Assembly: GCA_951406725.2 (NCBI GenBank)
Contig: OX597826.1
Location: 44,950,001 to 45,014,000 of the forward strand
Source: Octopus vulgaris
Taxonomy: Eukaryota
Length of the DNA: 64,000 bases
Reading direction: 5' to 3'
The notes beneath the pieces are model-generated. The model ran no database searches and had not been told where the DNA came from. It was given only the letters and a program-made list of their open reading frames with translations. Of the stretch, positions 1-13,225 are shown piece by piece. Made by a program: the position numbers and the translations under genes. The first letter of the stretch is position 1; each line of letters begins with the position of its first letter.

Positions 1-590
1 AGTGTTGAGCCTTTTTTGTAGTATCTTTATAAGAAATTCAAACAGACGAATGGCATATGGAAAGAACTCTTTATTTGAGACGTTATCAAAATAAATATAA
101 GCATAGTGATGGTCGCATATTTCAAAAACATTCTTATTACTACACAGGAACAATATGTTCTATCATTGTCTATATATATCGCTGATTTGCTATTTCTAAA
201 TTGAAAATATAATGTTTTTTTATATATAATATATATAACATAAATTTATATATAATATGAAACTACATCGTTTTAATATCTATCGATTTGCTGTTCTTCG
301 TTTAGATTGTTTTACAATTTAATTTCAGATATATTCACCGCTGTAAGGCAAACGAAAACAATCGACACTTCAGTATATACGATTACACATGCATGCATTC
401 ATACATACATACGTGCATATGTACGTATATATGTGCGTGTATAAATATATCCCAAAACAAACACACACACACACGTGCGCACACAATCACACACATAATA
501 TAAGATAAACTATACATACACACACACACTCACACACGCATATATATACATATACATACATATACATACATACACACATACATATATCCG

Positions 591-680
<90 letters not shown>

Positions 681-1262
681 TAAATGCATTCAATAAGAAA
701 AGCATTAAAAAAACGAAAATATTCGATAATGAGTGTATACTGTAATTAATTTGGTGCACAAATATCCAGTAACGGTCATCATTTTTTAAGGTTTGCCTTC
801 ATATTATTGTTAAGTAGAATTTTTTGTTGTTTTAGTATTCAGAAATGGTGATTAGAATTTTGGCAGCTCACTATAGTGTACATATATATGTAGATTCTTG
901 AAGTTATAAGTTTTGCAGCTGTGAGCATACACGTGGCATTGCTCAAACATTATGTGGAGAAATTTTCGGCTAAAATTTATCTCAATAGCAGGAGATATTA
1001 TGAATATTTGATGCATATAATGGCGTATGTTCCATGATGTATTTTAAAGCATTTGCCTCAAAAACGTATATTTTAGTAGCTTTTAGAGATGAGAGTGTAT
1101 AATAAAAGCTAACTTAAGAAATAAAAAGGTGGTCAAAAGAGGCTTCACTCATCTCCGATGAACTCCAGTTAGTAAGTAGATCAAACTGTAAGACATATAA
1201 ACAAAACTACTCATAAAGACACAATAAATGCAACACCCAGTGAAAAACACAAACCTTATATA

Positions 1263-1493
1263 TATTTCTTTATTGCCCACACGGGGCTAAACATAGAGGG
1301 GACAAACAAGGACAAACAAACGGATTAAGTCGATTACATCGATCCCAGTGTGTAACTGGTGCTTATTTATAGACCCCGAAAGGATGAAAGGTAAAGTCGA
1401 CCTCGGCGGAATTTGAACTCGGAACGTAACGGTAGACGAAATACGGCTGCGCATTTCGCCCGGCGTGCTGACGTATCTGCCAGCTCGCCGCCT
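1263..1493 (-). mobile_element. tRNA-derived SINE group A, full-length, with TSD
   Basis: Reverse complement begins GGCGGCGAGCTGGCAGA, has a B-box-like GAGTTCAAATTCC, a central CTTTCATCCTTTCGGGGTC domain and an AATAAAGAAA tail. Flanked by direct repeat AAACACAAACCTT (1245-1257 and 1495-1507). Confidence 0.9.
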
Positions 1494-1924
1494 TAAACAC
1501 AAACCTTTTATAACTGAACTACATACACTATAGTTATAGAATGAATGAATGTATCATTAAAATGTTACATACAGATCACAAAATTATTCTAACCACCACA
1601 AACAAGCAATTAGAATATGTTACCAAAAATAACTGCGAAATAGATTTTTATCAAAGTGAAACCAGAAACTCAGGAATTTTCAAGCCATATAACAGATTTC
1701 AAACAGTTTTGTTTTCTATATTATCATATGAATTCCTCGCTGCTGATCTCAAGCACCGTAGTTTCTAAATCTACCATCAACTTTTCGAGGCAATCAAGGT
1801 CATACCTCTAAGATGACCATGATATGCCAATAAAAATGTTGGCGTGTGTTGTAGCCTTTTCCTATGAGATCATCGCTATTTATCTGAGACAACGCAGTTG
1901 CAAATCCATCTTCAATGTTTCAAA

Positions 1925-2284
1925 GGGGGCTAGTCGATTAGATCGACCCCAGTTCGCAACTGGTACTTGATTTATCGACACATGAAAGGATGAAAACCAA
2001 AGTCGATCTCGTCGGAATTTGAACTCAGAACGTAACGGCAGACGAAATACCTATTTCTTTACTACCCACAAGGAGCTAAACACAAAGGGGACAAACAAGG
2101 AGAGACAAACGGATTAAGTCGATTACATCGACCCCAGTGCGTAACTGGTACTTAATTCATCGACCCCGAAAGGATGAAAGGCAAAGTCGACCTCGGCGGA
2201 ATTTGAACTCAGAACGTAACGGCGGACGTAATACCACAAAGCATTTCACCCGGCATGCTAACCGTTCTGCCAGCTCATCGCCTT
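1925..2284 (-). mobile_element. Two SINE-A copies in tandem (full copy 2052-2284 joined to a partial copy)
   Basis: The same SINE-A body appears twice, with junction GACGAAATACCTATTTCTTT. Confidence 0.85.
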
Positions 2285-2827
2285 GCGAATAATGTAGATA
2301 TTATCACTAGTATGTGAAATCTGAACAGAAGAATTCTACGTTATCATTCAAATATTTTCTTTTTTAGTTTGTTAGTAACCAGTGTATATTATATGTGTGT
2401 GTGTATGTGTGTGTGTGTGAGAGTGTTTCTTTTACCATTGTTTTCTGCTATAACCATTGATTCCATTATTAAATGTCCATTTATATAGGGACTGCTGTAG
2501 ATTTGTGATGACCACTAATGTTTTCCTATCTAGCTTTGGCGTGGTAGCAGAAGAAAACTATGGAGATGTATTATACAAATGTATAACATATTTAACTATA
2601 TCTACCACCGAAATAATTTAACATTGATCGATTTTTCTTTGTTTTCAATTCACCACATCTCTCTTATATAGAATTACATCAACATAGCTATAGACATACT
2701 GACAGGTATGCAGCAACAAAGAATAATATATACTTGCGTGTATACTTTCTATGTGCGTGGTCAGATTGCATTTGCTTGCGTGTATAAATATATTTGTGCG
2801 TTTTTTTTGTGTTTGTGTGTATATATA

Positions 2828-2867
<40 letters not shown>

Positions 2868-2913
2868 TCATATCCATATATCTATAGATATATATACTTA
2901 TATGTAGAGATAA

Positions 2914-2954
<41 letters not shown>

Positions 2955-3630
2955 GGGTGCACGAACTTTTGTACATGCACGTGCATGAGTTCGCGTGCAT
3001 TTAAATTTCTGTGTTTATATGTATGGCATGAATGCGTGAGTGCTATTTCCAATCCCTATAGAATGCACAGTTCCATTTCTGTCACGGGTATCTTAAACTG
3101 AAGAGAACTAAGTGAAAAGAATTGAACAAATTGGTAACCGCTATGCAAATGTAATATTCTAATTGTATCCAAGGAATAGATTTAGAAAGCAGCGAAGGAA
3201 TAAAAGCAGGAGGGGAAACGGTAAAAATAGCAAACGTAACATGTTTCACCGTTAAAAGGATGTACAAAGATCAAAAGCCTTATTAGCTATGTTTGTCAGA
3301 AGCAATAAGTTTTATATGACACAGCACCCTGACAAATAGCATGGAATAAACATTTTCTCCCACAAAAAAAATGGTTGTTCAAAGGAACGTTGTTTACATA
3401 AGCAGCTACCTCCTGGGACGATGGATATGAATGTCAAAGCTTCGCATATATACTTCTTGTGATACATAAGTTAATGAGCAAATTAAATATGATAGCATCT
3501 AATCAACGTTCGTTTTTCGGTGTAGATCGACATGTGGCAATCAAGTAAAATGACATGAGTTTATTGGTGTCTCCATTTTGTTGAAAGATGTACATATGTA
3601 CTTAAATACAAACATAGATCTTTATACATG

Positions 3631-3701
<71 letters not shown>

Positions 3702-3732
3702 CTGTGTGTGTATAATGTATTAATACGAATAA

Positions 3733-3781
<49 letters not shown>

Positions 3782-4403
3782 GTAATAGATAGATTGCGAG
3801 ATAGAGAGATAGATGGGTAGATAGATAGTTAATTCTTCGGCTTATGAATTATACTGCAGTTTAGTTTAGTATCTTTGAAAATCTTCCTGTAAATGAGCTT
3901 AAAATTTTAATATATATACACACACAGAGATAAAAGAATAATCATACGGAATATATCTAGTGACACTGGCGTTTCAGCTGAAACTCAATAATTTCTCACT
4001 TTTGATCTGATATTTATTATGTGTTTCCACAAACATATGCGACCCATTCGTCATTGACCAGAAGTGATATTCCTCTTATTATTGAGGCGTAAGGTTACGT
4101 CATTCATCTTATTCAGAAAGCATAAATTCACAGAAATACGACCATCCTTTTCAGCATACATGTATGCATGTATGTAAGTATGTATATATGTATGTTTGCA
4201 GGAGCCCAAGTTTCTCTTTTCGATTCTTGCGCTAGTGGTGCATTCTGTTCTTGAGCAAACCACTTCTTTCCACGCTGGTCTCAGATCACTTCTGCATAAG
4301 TATACTGTGTACCGGTAAAGTCAATGTCAGCTTCATGGAGGGTGAAAGCTAATTTACAGCATAAATACTTGGTCAGTGTAAACAAACTATTTGTACAGGA
4401 TGT

Positions 4404-4711
4404 TGTTGTGGCGAGAGTCACGACAACCCCTGCGAGAATAGACTTGACCGAACAACTATAAATATTACCGGTCTGAGTGATACAGAGAGTAGGCGTTAAG
4501 CGAAGGGAGTCGTATGGTATCGTTATGGTAGTTTGTCATAATACCATTTGTTGGCTCGTGTATAGTTCGTGGAGTGTTTGTTGGATTGTTCCGTTGTTGT
4601 TACTATGCTTCATTATTTATTTTTGTTACTACACGGTTATAGTGTAGAAATGTATCGTCATAAATAGTGACTATGCTACGATATTTGGCGTCTAGTAACC
4701 ACGTTACAATA
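4404..4711 (+). repeat. 5' LTR
   Basis: Homologous to 7360-7456 plus 8389-8527 and followed by the PBS. Confidence 0.85.
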
Positions 4712-4776
4712 ATTGGCGACAATGATTCGAAGCTCACCCCGATCAGTTTACAAATTTTTGTGATACAAAGTTGTTA

Positions 4777-5524
4777 ATGATGGAAGATCTATTAGCTTCT
4801 ATAATATAGTTGCAAAAACAGCAGCAAGAGTAGCAACAGGAGTTGCAGAGTCAACTGCTTCAGCAACAAAAAACGACAACAACAGTTAATGTCTTAAGCA
4901 GTCTGGAATCACTATAAGTTCGTTTTCGCCAAACGGTGTATCGAACGCTATAGCAGAATTCAGTTATGACCCAGAGTGGGATGTAAGGTTTGCAGCGTAC
5001 TTTAGAAGGTACGAAGAAATCTTCAGGGAAGATTGTAAGTCGTGGACGGACAACGAAAAAGTAAGACTAGTATTACGTCAATTAACGCCGGCTGAACATG
5101 AAAAATATTGTAATTTCATACTACCCAAAAAGTTAGTGAAATTTGTTTCCACGAAACAATCGAACTACTATACGAACTACCATAAAAAATATTCAGTGAT
5201 AAGAGTTCCTTATTTAACACTTGATAGGAGTATTCGAATTTAGTTAAAAGAGAGGAAGAAGACTTTGTCACTGTAAACTGAATGTGTGAAAGGCTTCAAC
5301 GGAAGAAACTGACTCCTGATATGTTTAAGTGCCTTATTTTTATACGAGGGGTTACGACAATCAAAGACGTGGAGATACGTGCAAGAATTTTCACAAAACT
5401 TGAACAAGTGGAACAATGTTTAACCCTGCAGACAGTTGCAGGGGAGTGTCAAATAATGGTAAGCTTAAGTCAGGACGTAAAGAAAATTGAAGACAAAGAG
5501 TTCTCTCAAGTACAGGCGTGCTGA
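4777..5524 (+). pseudogene. gag remnant of the gypsy element
   Basis: Broken frame includes EFSYDPEWDVRFAAYFRRYEEIFREDC...EKVRLVLRQL..AEHEKYCNFILPK and TPDMFKCLIFIRG, with stops and frameshifts. Confidence 0.7.
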
Positions 5525-5569
5525 TCGGGAAGGTATAAAAAATGTTAAGATCAAATCTATGCTACGGAT

Positions 5570-7240
5570 GTTACAGGATATTAAAGAAATATTAATTTCA
5601 GATTTGTTGCGGGCTCATTTCGATTCTGCAGCGGAGATTGTTGTAATTTCTGACGCTTCTGAACACGTCGTAGGAGCAGTTTTGTCACACAATTTTAAAG
5701 ATAGTAATATGAAAGCAGTGGTTAATGCATCAGATGCTCTGATTGAGGCAGAAAAAAACAACTGTCAGATGGAGAAAGAAGCTTTAGCGATTATTTTTGT
5801 CGTAAAGAAATTTCACAGATTTCTCCACGGTAGAAGTTTTCGGCTTCAGATGGACCATCGACTATTACTGTCAATTTTCGGATAGAAAAGCGGAATTCCT
5901 ACCCATACAGCTAACAGATTACAACGTTGTGGTACAATATTGTTAAATTACAACTTTAAGATGAAGTACATTCCATCTAAGAAAATTGGCTATGTGGATT
6001 ATTTATCTAGGCTAATTCCGAAGAATGCGGAACCGCTGGAAGATACGGTGATAGCCGCATTACAATAAAAAAAAAACGAAATTAAACATTATTCAGAAGT
6101 TTCCATTGACTGTATAAGCTATAAAAACTAAATCAGCAGAGGACAAATTCATCATAAAAATGAAAGAAACCTTGAAAAATAACCAAAAGAGTAACACGAA
6201 TGCGAACCATTTTTAACTCTGCGTCCTTGTATTAATGTACTCACAAAGAGTAGTAGTACCAGCTGCACTACAGAAACAGGTATTATGTGAATTTCATAGT
6301 GGACAACCGGGGATGTCAAGAATGAAAGTTTTGATGATGAGTTACGTGCACTGGCCGACAATGGAACGGGACATTGAAAATTTGGTAAAATCGTGTAGTG
6401 GTTGTACATTAGCTGCCAAGTCACCACCAGTGAAATACCAATCGTGGCCTGAGATGGATAGTCTGTGGTCCAGGGCACATACAGACTACGCTGAACCAGG
6501 GAATAGCGCGTACTACTTGACTATTGCTGATAGCTTTACCAAATGGCCGGAAGTATGTGGGTGCAGTCAACCTATCTAGAAGGCCACAATAAAGTTCTTG
6601 CACGAACTTTTAGGTCGATACAGTGTTCCGAACACCATAGTATCGGACAATGGAACACAATTTACAGTATACAAGTTTAAGAAATTCTGCAAAATGCATG
6701 CAATGAAGCACCTGTTTACACGGCCCTACCACCTGCGGTCAATTGTGCAAGCAGAACAATTTGTAGATACTTTCAAGCGAGCACTAAAAGTTAGGAAATG
6801 ACAAAGTGCTAACTAAATTCTTAAGTGTGTACAGAATAATACCCAATCCGAATACCAGTCCAGGCAAGTCGTCTTCAGAGCTAATGTTCCAAAGGAAAAA
6901 ACGTATAGAGAAAATACAAAATATTCAACCAAACACTTTGATATCGGAGACAAAGTTCATTTCTAAGTATACAAGAACGGTAAAGAGAGTTAGCAGGATG
7001 GTGTAGTGACTAAAAGGATTGGAAACATGGTGTATTTAATAAAAGGCCAATGATGAGAGCATAAATGACAACTAAATCAATTAAAAAGCAGAAATACAGA
7101 AAAAAGGTAGGAAGTTCCACTGAAAGTGTTTTGCATGTTCGATGTGCAAGCACCGAAAGAGATTGAGCCTAGAAGGAGCAGTAACAGAAAACATCAACAG
7201 ACTGAACATTTAGAAATAATTCCTAAGTGGAAAAGTTACT
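5570..7240 (+). pseudogene. pol remnant: RT connection/RNase H and integrase (protease and RT core absent)
   Basis: AHFD...VISDASEHVVGAVLSH and QMEKEALAIIFVVKKFHRFLHGRSF (RNase H). HSGQPGMSRMK..HWPTMERDIENLVKSCSGC (integrase zinc finger). HTDYAEP, DSFTKWPEV and IVSDNGTQF (rve core). Confidence 0.9.
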
Positions 7241-7359
7241 GAACTCCCTATGGAAGTAAAATTTCAAAAAGGGAGAGGTGTTGGAAAGGAAGGAAAAAAT
7301 AGCAATAGTAATAAAATATATTTAATTTCCTACAGAAGTCGAAATCTCAAAAGGGGAGA

Positions 7360-8527
7360 TGTTGTGGCGGGAGTCACGACACGCCTTGCGAGAATAGACT
7401 TGATAGGACAACTATAAACAGTAGCGGTCTGAATGAGACAGAGAGTAGGCGTTAAGGAAAACGAAAAGGAGGAGCAAAAAGGTGAAGAAAAGAGTACCGA
7501 AGAGGTAGTACCAGTAACAGAGACAGATAGAGTGGAGGAATCCTTCACAGACGTGAACAGGAGGAAGAGAAAAGAACGGGTGAGTTCTCCTCCAGAGAGA
7601 CAATAAAGGTTGAAAAAGATTGAGATGGAGGAGAAGAGAAACAGGTGCAAGACACCAACAGAATTAATAATGGAAGATGGAGCAGAGGCAGAAACAGTAT
7701 TATAACAGGATGTGGAAGGAGGCAGCGTTTATGATTTTGTTTATGATTTTTCTACACGTCCGGACAACCCAGGTCCGGAGCCGAAGCAAGTGGAGGTGAA
7801 AAGGAAAAAAATACAAGTGACATACGGTCACGTATACCTATAGTACAGCAATAGAGAAAAAGATTATAAAGTATATATCAATAATAAGAGTAAGGTTACC
7901 TCCAGAAAAATACTCGGAAAAGACTAAAGGAATCATCATAGATAGAGAGAGATTTGAGAAATTAAAAGAACTGTTTGGAAGCAGCAAAACCCGCTAGGGG
8001 TTGAAATCGAGTTCAACGAACTACCATCATTTGAAGATTCCGAAGATTTAAAGCCACTAATGAACGTTTAAAAAAGCATGGAAGTAAAATTTGTTATAAA
8101 AAAAAGAGGAAAATTAGACTGTTAAAAAGTTTGGAAAAAAAAGAAGAAAAAGAACGATACAAAAATTTGAAAAAAAGAATGTAAGAACGATTATTTAATT
8201 GTATAAATTAACTGGTAATTATACTGCTTGAGAGTGGGGCACAATGCAGCCATTTCATCATCATCGATTTCATTATACAATTTTTTTCAATTTTCATTCG
8301 TTTTATGTTTTTTGTTTCCACTGTAGTGTTCTGTCTGGCCTTGTGTTGTCCCCAGTATGTTGAGGCCTGGGTGCCAAATAAAGAAAAGGAGTAGGCGTTA
8401 AGCGAAAGGAGTCGTATGTTGTCGTTGTGATAGTTTGTCGGAATATCATTTGTTAGTTCGTGGAGAGTTTGTTGGATGGCTCCGTTGTTGCTACCGTGCT
8501 TCATTATATATCTTAGTTACTATGCGG
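7360..8527 (+). repeat. 3' LTR, split by an insertion at 7457-8388 and truncated at 8527
   Basis: 7360-7456 and 8389-8527 align consecutively to the 5' LTR. Confidence 0.85.
7457..8388 (+). mobile_element. LINE-mobilised retrocopy (ORF1-like C-terminus plus 3' tail), 14-bp TSD
   Basis: TSD GAGTAGGCGTTAAG at 7443-7456 and 8389-8402. AATAAA at 8377-8382. Stop-interrupted E/K-rich frame including FTDVNRRKRKERVSSPP. Confidence 0.75.
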
Positions 8528-9030
8528 TGAAACAGTCCTTCCCGCAAAAGAAAATTAAATAAAATTTGAGATTTTTTTGCGGGAGGGGGGTAAAAATAGT
8601 AACAAAACAGGACAGTAAAGACAGTACAAAATATAAACAGTAAAAGACAGGACAAGGAGAATAACAGTAGCACAAACATGGAGGGCTATTAAGCCAAAGC
8701 GAAAGAAAAAATATTTTGAACGCTTTTGTCTTTACTGCCCTGTTTTTGTTACCATTTTTACCCCTCCGCAAAAAAATCTCAAATTTTATTTAATTTTCTT
8801 TTGCGGGAAGGATTGTTTCATGAAGTCGTGTCTCGCCTTTACCTTCGAACGCGGAGTAGATGAAACAGTGGCGGCTGAAGAAGGGGAATGTTCTTTGTGT
8901 TGTATGTCCTGTACTCTATTTTTTCGTTGTTTAACAAAAATGTCCATTTCCTTGGTCTTGTGCTTATGTTTTCGTTTCTCATTGTGTTCGACGTCTTTTT
9001 GGTGTCCTGTACCCATATATGCATGTAGTC
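8528..9030 (+). mobile_element. Repeat family X (probable PLE terminal repeat) with inverted 5' duplication
   Basis: About 95-bp inverted arms at 8528-8623 and 8727-8820. 8757-9030 is homologous to 20040-20365 on the minus strand. Confidence 0.65.
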
Positions 9031-9102
9031 AATATAAGCATGAACAAGCAAGAAAAACAACAACGCGAGGACATGGAAAGGAAAGGAAAGAAAAGAAACA
9101 GG

Positions 9103-9137
9103 ATTTCACGTTTCGAGCGGAGCTCTTCATCAGAAAT
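9103..9137 (-). ncRNA. Minimal type I hammerhead ribozyme motif in a PLE tail (GUG at the cleavage site)
   Basis: ATTT-CTGATGA-A-GAGC-TCC-GCTC-GAAAC-GTG-AAAT. The flanking tail shares GTCCTCGCGTTG with the 57380-57530 copy. Confidence 0.75.
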
Positions 9138-9803
9138 ATAGAAAAAGTCCAAAGAAGGGAAGACGAAGAAAGAAAATCACTAACGATACACACGCGGAAG
9201 GGAATGGGTGAAGAAAAAGTTATTTCAAAGACAGGAGAGGTACGTGTGCGTATGTGTGTGTATGTGTGTGCGCACAGGTCTGTGTGTGTGTGTGTATAAT
9301 GATAGCATGTGTATGTGCGCACGTGTGTGTGTATGTGTGTGTGTGGTTGGACATAGTATCGTTTAAGGTTAGAGGAAGAATTTATAGTAAGAAGTTTGGT
9401 AGGAGTGGCTGTCTGTTATGTGTCTCACTACACATGTGCCTAGGAGAATGGTCAGTGTTTAACTGGTAATTTGAAGTATGTGTGTGTGCGTGTATGTATA
9501 TGTAGTGTGTGTGCGTCCATGTATGTATAATTGTGTGCATGTATGTATGAGTGTGTGCTGTGCGTGTATGTATGAGTGTGTGCTGTGTGTGTATGGGAGG
9601 TATGTATATATGTAATATATTCAACAAAGCCTAATGGTGTGAATTTTCTAAAACTCCTTTAGGGACAAAAGGTTTTCACCATGAATTCCGTTTTAAGCGG
9701 AATCTATATGATCTGAAGCATATTTGTAAAAAAGAAATATTTAATTTTCTCAAGGTTATGAAGAAGCAAATCTTTGGGGCAGAATTGTGTAAATATGCCG
9801 AAA

Positions 9804-9860
<57 letters not shown>

Positions 9861-11579
9861 GAGAATGTATATAAAACTAACTCAATAAAAATGTAGGTGT
9901 GCGTTTATATATTCATATGTTTCTGCATGCATTTATACATGTATATATATGTATAAGTTTCAGAAGATATTAGAATAATGGAATAAAAGTCAGTCATAAT
10001 ATGAGATCTCCCAAAAATCTATTTCCCTTATTTTTATCTACTGTTTCTGGCACACATATTTATGCAATTTTGATTTTGAAGTATTCAAAAAATTATTTGG
10101 AAATTACTAATAGAATGGTAGATTCGGTCTGTCCGTATTTTAAAACTGCGAATTAAAAAAAGAAGAAATTGTGTGTGTCAATTTTTTTCTCCAGAAGTTC
10201 ATGGCTTCATAAGAAGAAGCTTGGAAAACAGCATCAAGATAACCAATTTTCAGATTTCTTACTTCCTTTTAAAAAATGCAGATTTTGTGAATGAAACAAA
10301 CTAGATCCTGAATGAGAAATGAATGTTTAATATCACATATTTTCAGATTTTTTAACTTCATTTTAAAAGGGGACTGATTCTGTGACTCTAACTAACTAGA
10401 TCCAAATACAGTGAATACCATCCTCCACAATTTACTACTCATATGAAGTACATATGTATTTCAACAATTTCTATCAAATACACTCCCTTTCTCGTGCATA
10501 AAAAATCCTCTTCCCGTGTGACAATAACTTATGGCAGCTTGTTGCACAAGTTCTAGCTGTTTTGATAAGGGAAATCGGCATTTACTTGTACCAAATAGCA
10601 CTCTTTAACTAGATAACACGTTGATCTCATAAGCGTTGCGCGGTGGAAACAAACGCAATTACCAAATTTTCAATTCATTCTTTCTTTTTTTTCTGCATTT
10701 CAATTTGTACATCTGTACTCCCGACTGCATACAAGCGTATATGTAAATCGATGTCATTTATTTTTTAATCATTATCTGCTGATATCAAAATAAGTAGTAT
10801 ATTGAAAAATAAAAATACTTTCGGGGGTGGGGGTGAGGGCATTTGTGACTCCAAGGGTCAAAAAAGAGCCTTTGGCCAAAATGGGTTGAGAACCTTTGAT
10901 CTACATTTTCGGCTGCAACTTGGAACTCCAAGGGCTTCGTTGTCTCTTGTTCTTGCATAGCTTTCGAAGTGTGATGCAGTGGTCAAGAGTTCAAGACAGG
11001 CTTTGCTTCATGTCAATATGTCTGTCTTCTTCAATTCTTCTAGGAACATAGCCATGCAGTCTGATTTGTTTAATTTTGTGGTATGTTGGAAGTTTCACAT
11101 TTTAAAAGTATATTAGTCCATATGTCTCGGTGTTCTAAGTGAAATCACAAGGGAGTGACTGCTCTTCTGGAGGTCACTTCCGAAAAAAGGTATCTTCTTT
11201 TCTGGTTGTTTTTTTTATTAATTTGAGGTCTTCCTCTTAGACAGAAGGTGGTTTCTAACAAAGATACATTGAAATTTAGGCAACAAAACAATGTTATATT
11301 TTGAATTAGAGAAATGTTTTGCATATTTTTACTATTCCGTTTACAGATTATGTTTGTAATGTGTGTGTTAGCTGGTCGATTTCTTTTTCTGAAAAACTCA
11401 AGCTTTCCCAAATTGTTACTTAAGCATTTACTAAAACACAAACGAAAAAACAACTGCAACAAATATTGTTCGTATGCATCAATGTGTGCAATATGAGTGT
11501 ATGTATGTTTGTATGTATGTATGTTTGTATGTATGTATGTTTGTATGCATGTTTGTATATGGATGTGTGTGTATGTATA

Positions 11580-11624
<45 letters not shown>

Positions 11625-12746
11625 GCACACACACTCATACAAAAGATTACTTAAGATCTTAAGATCGGCGCATATCAAAGTGAGCACACCATATTAATGG
11701 CTTTACGATGAAACGTAAATCAATAGGCAAAGAATTCATGAAGTCCATTGATGTTTGGTAATCCATAACTCCAAGAGTACCCGAAGTTGAAGAGAATTTC
11801 AGCATGATATGAAATAGCAATAAAAACAAACGGATAGATCATACGGTATCGCTACGGTCGTTTTATTAAGAGGTTTTATTGCATTGAAACATCGTACAGG
11901 CAGGTATATATGAAGTACAACGTCTATAAGATGATGCAAAACACAACAGAGTGTCCCTCAAGTTATTAGGCTGTGCTGTGTTTGCATAAGAGCAAACATC
12001 GACGTCCCACTGGACAGCGTAGCTCAACGGCATCTACTGCTCAAATCAAGAAACCAACAGTCCAAAAATGAAAGGAAGCTGGAATGTAACAGGCCCATTG
12101 AAAACAGGTAATTCACTTTGGTTGTCAAAGAAAGCAGACATAACAAAAAGGATTGGCCAGATGAATAAGGAATTGCTAACCAAATATTGATTAGAAAACA
12201 AAGGCTAAGATTAGAGAAGAGATATGTGGCAATTCCCATCTCAAACTTCCAATGACCGTGGCGACATCCCATGTAGTAAAGCGTATATTAGCTAACTTCA
12301 CAAGTATCAAATAGAAGTTTTATTTACTTCATTGGTGCATGCCGCGGACATTATTTACAAAGAGACCTTCTTTTCAATTTTATTTGCTTACCTTATTTCT
12401 TTAGCTGAGAGGATGTCGTATATTTTGAATTAGAGTTTTAAAATATCGGCAAGAGTTATGCGTGATATCAGCATAATAGAACAGCATTGCCAAATATATA
12501 TAATTGTTAAGGGACATATTGCTGATTTTTATATTGGGGAAATTAGTCAGTAGAGATTTATAAAAAAAAAACACCGAAGAAATTCAGCAGAAGTAGAGTG
12601 AGAGAGAGAGAGAAAGAAGGAGATAGAGAGATAGAGGGGAAGAAGGAGAGAGAGAGAACATAAAAACAGTAAATAAATACATATAATGAAATGAAAGGAT
12701 AAGTCGAAGAGATATCTATGGTGATAACAATTATTTTTGTACATAA

Positions 12747-12893
<147 letters not shown>

Positions 12894-12905
12894 CATAGAT
12901 ACATA

Positions 12906-13225
12906 GGTGCAAGTATGGTTGTCTTGTGAAAAAGTTCGCTTCGCAACTACGAAGTTTCGAGTTCAGTATCATCACGTGACATGTTGGGCAAAGGACAGCC
13001 TAGGACGGACCAACGTCCTGTAAGTGGATTCGGTGAAAGGAATCTGTTTAGAATTCTATCGTGTTTGTGTATGTGTGTGTGTGTGTGTTTGTGTACGCGC
13101 GCGTGTGTGTGTATGTGTGCGTGTGTGGTGCATGCGCGTGTTTGTCTGCGCTTGCTTCTAAATGCTAGAAAACCTGTGTTGGTCTGTTAATAGTCTTCGC
13201 AACTCAGTAGTTTGGCAAACCGACA
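12906..13225 (+). mobile_element. Degenerate SINE group B
   Basis: Diverged match to the SINE-B head, GTAAGTGGATTCGGT, an internal TG tract and the tail. Confidence 0.6.

Larger units (their letters stand above)
4404..8527 (+). mobile_element. Ty3/gypsy LTR retrotransposon (Mag/K02A2.6-like), degenerate and internally deleted
   Basis: 5' LTR 4404-4711 (TGTTGT...ACAATA), PBS TGGCGAC 4714-4720, gag/RNaseH/integrase remnants, polypurine tract AAAAGGGGAGA before a 3' LTR starting TGTTGTGGCG at 7360. Confidence 0.9.

Noticed and set aside
8820-9299. 159-aa ORF
   Set aside because: It spans two oppositely oriented repeat tails and a TG microsatellite, so it is a chance open frame.
11841-11905. 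Minus-strand CTGTACGA...AAAACGACCGTA hammerhead-like string
   Set aside because: Core and stems are too degenerate to support. It may be an old PLE tail, but this is unproven.
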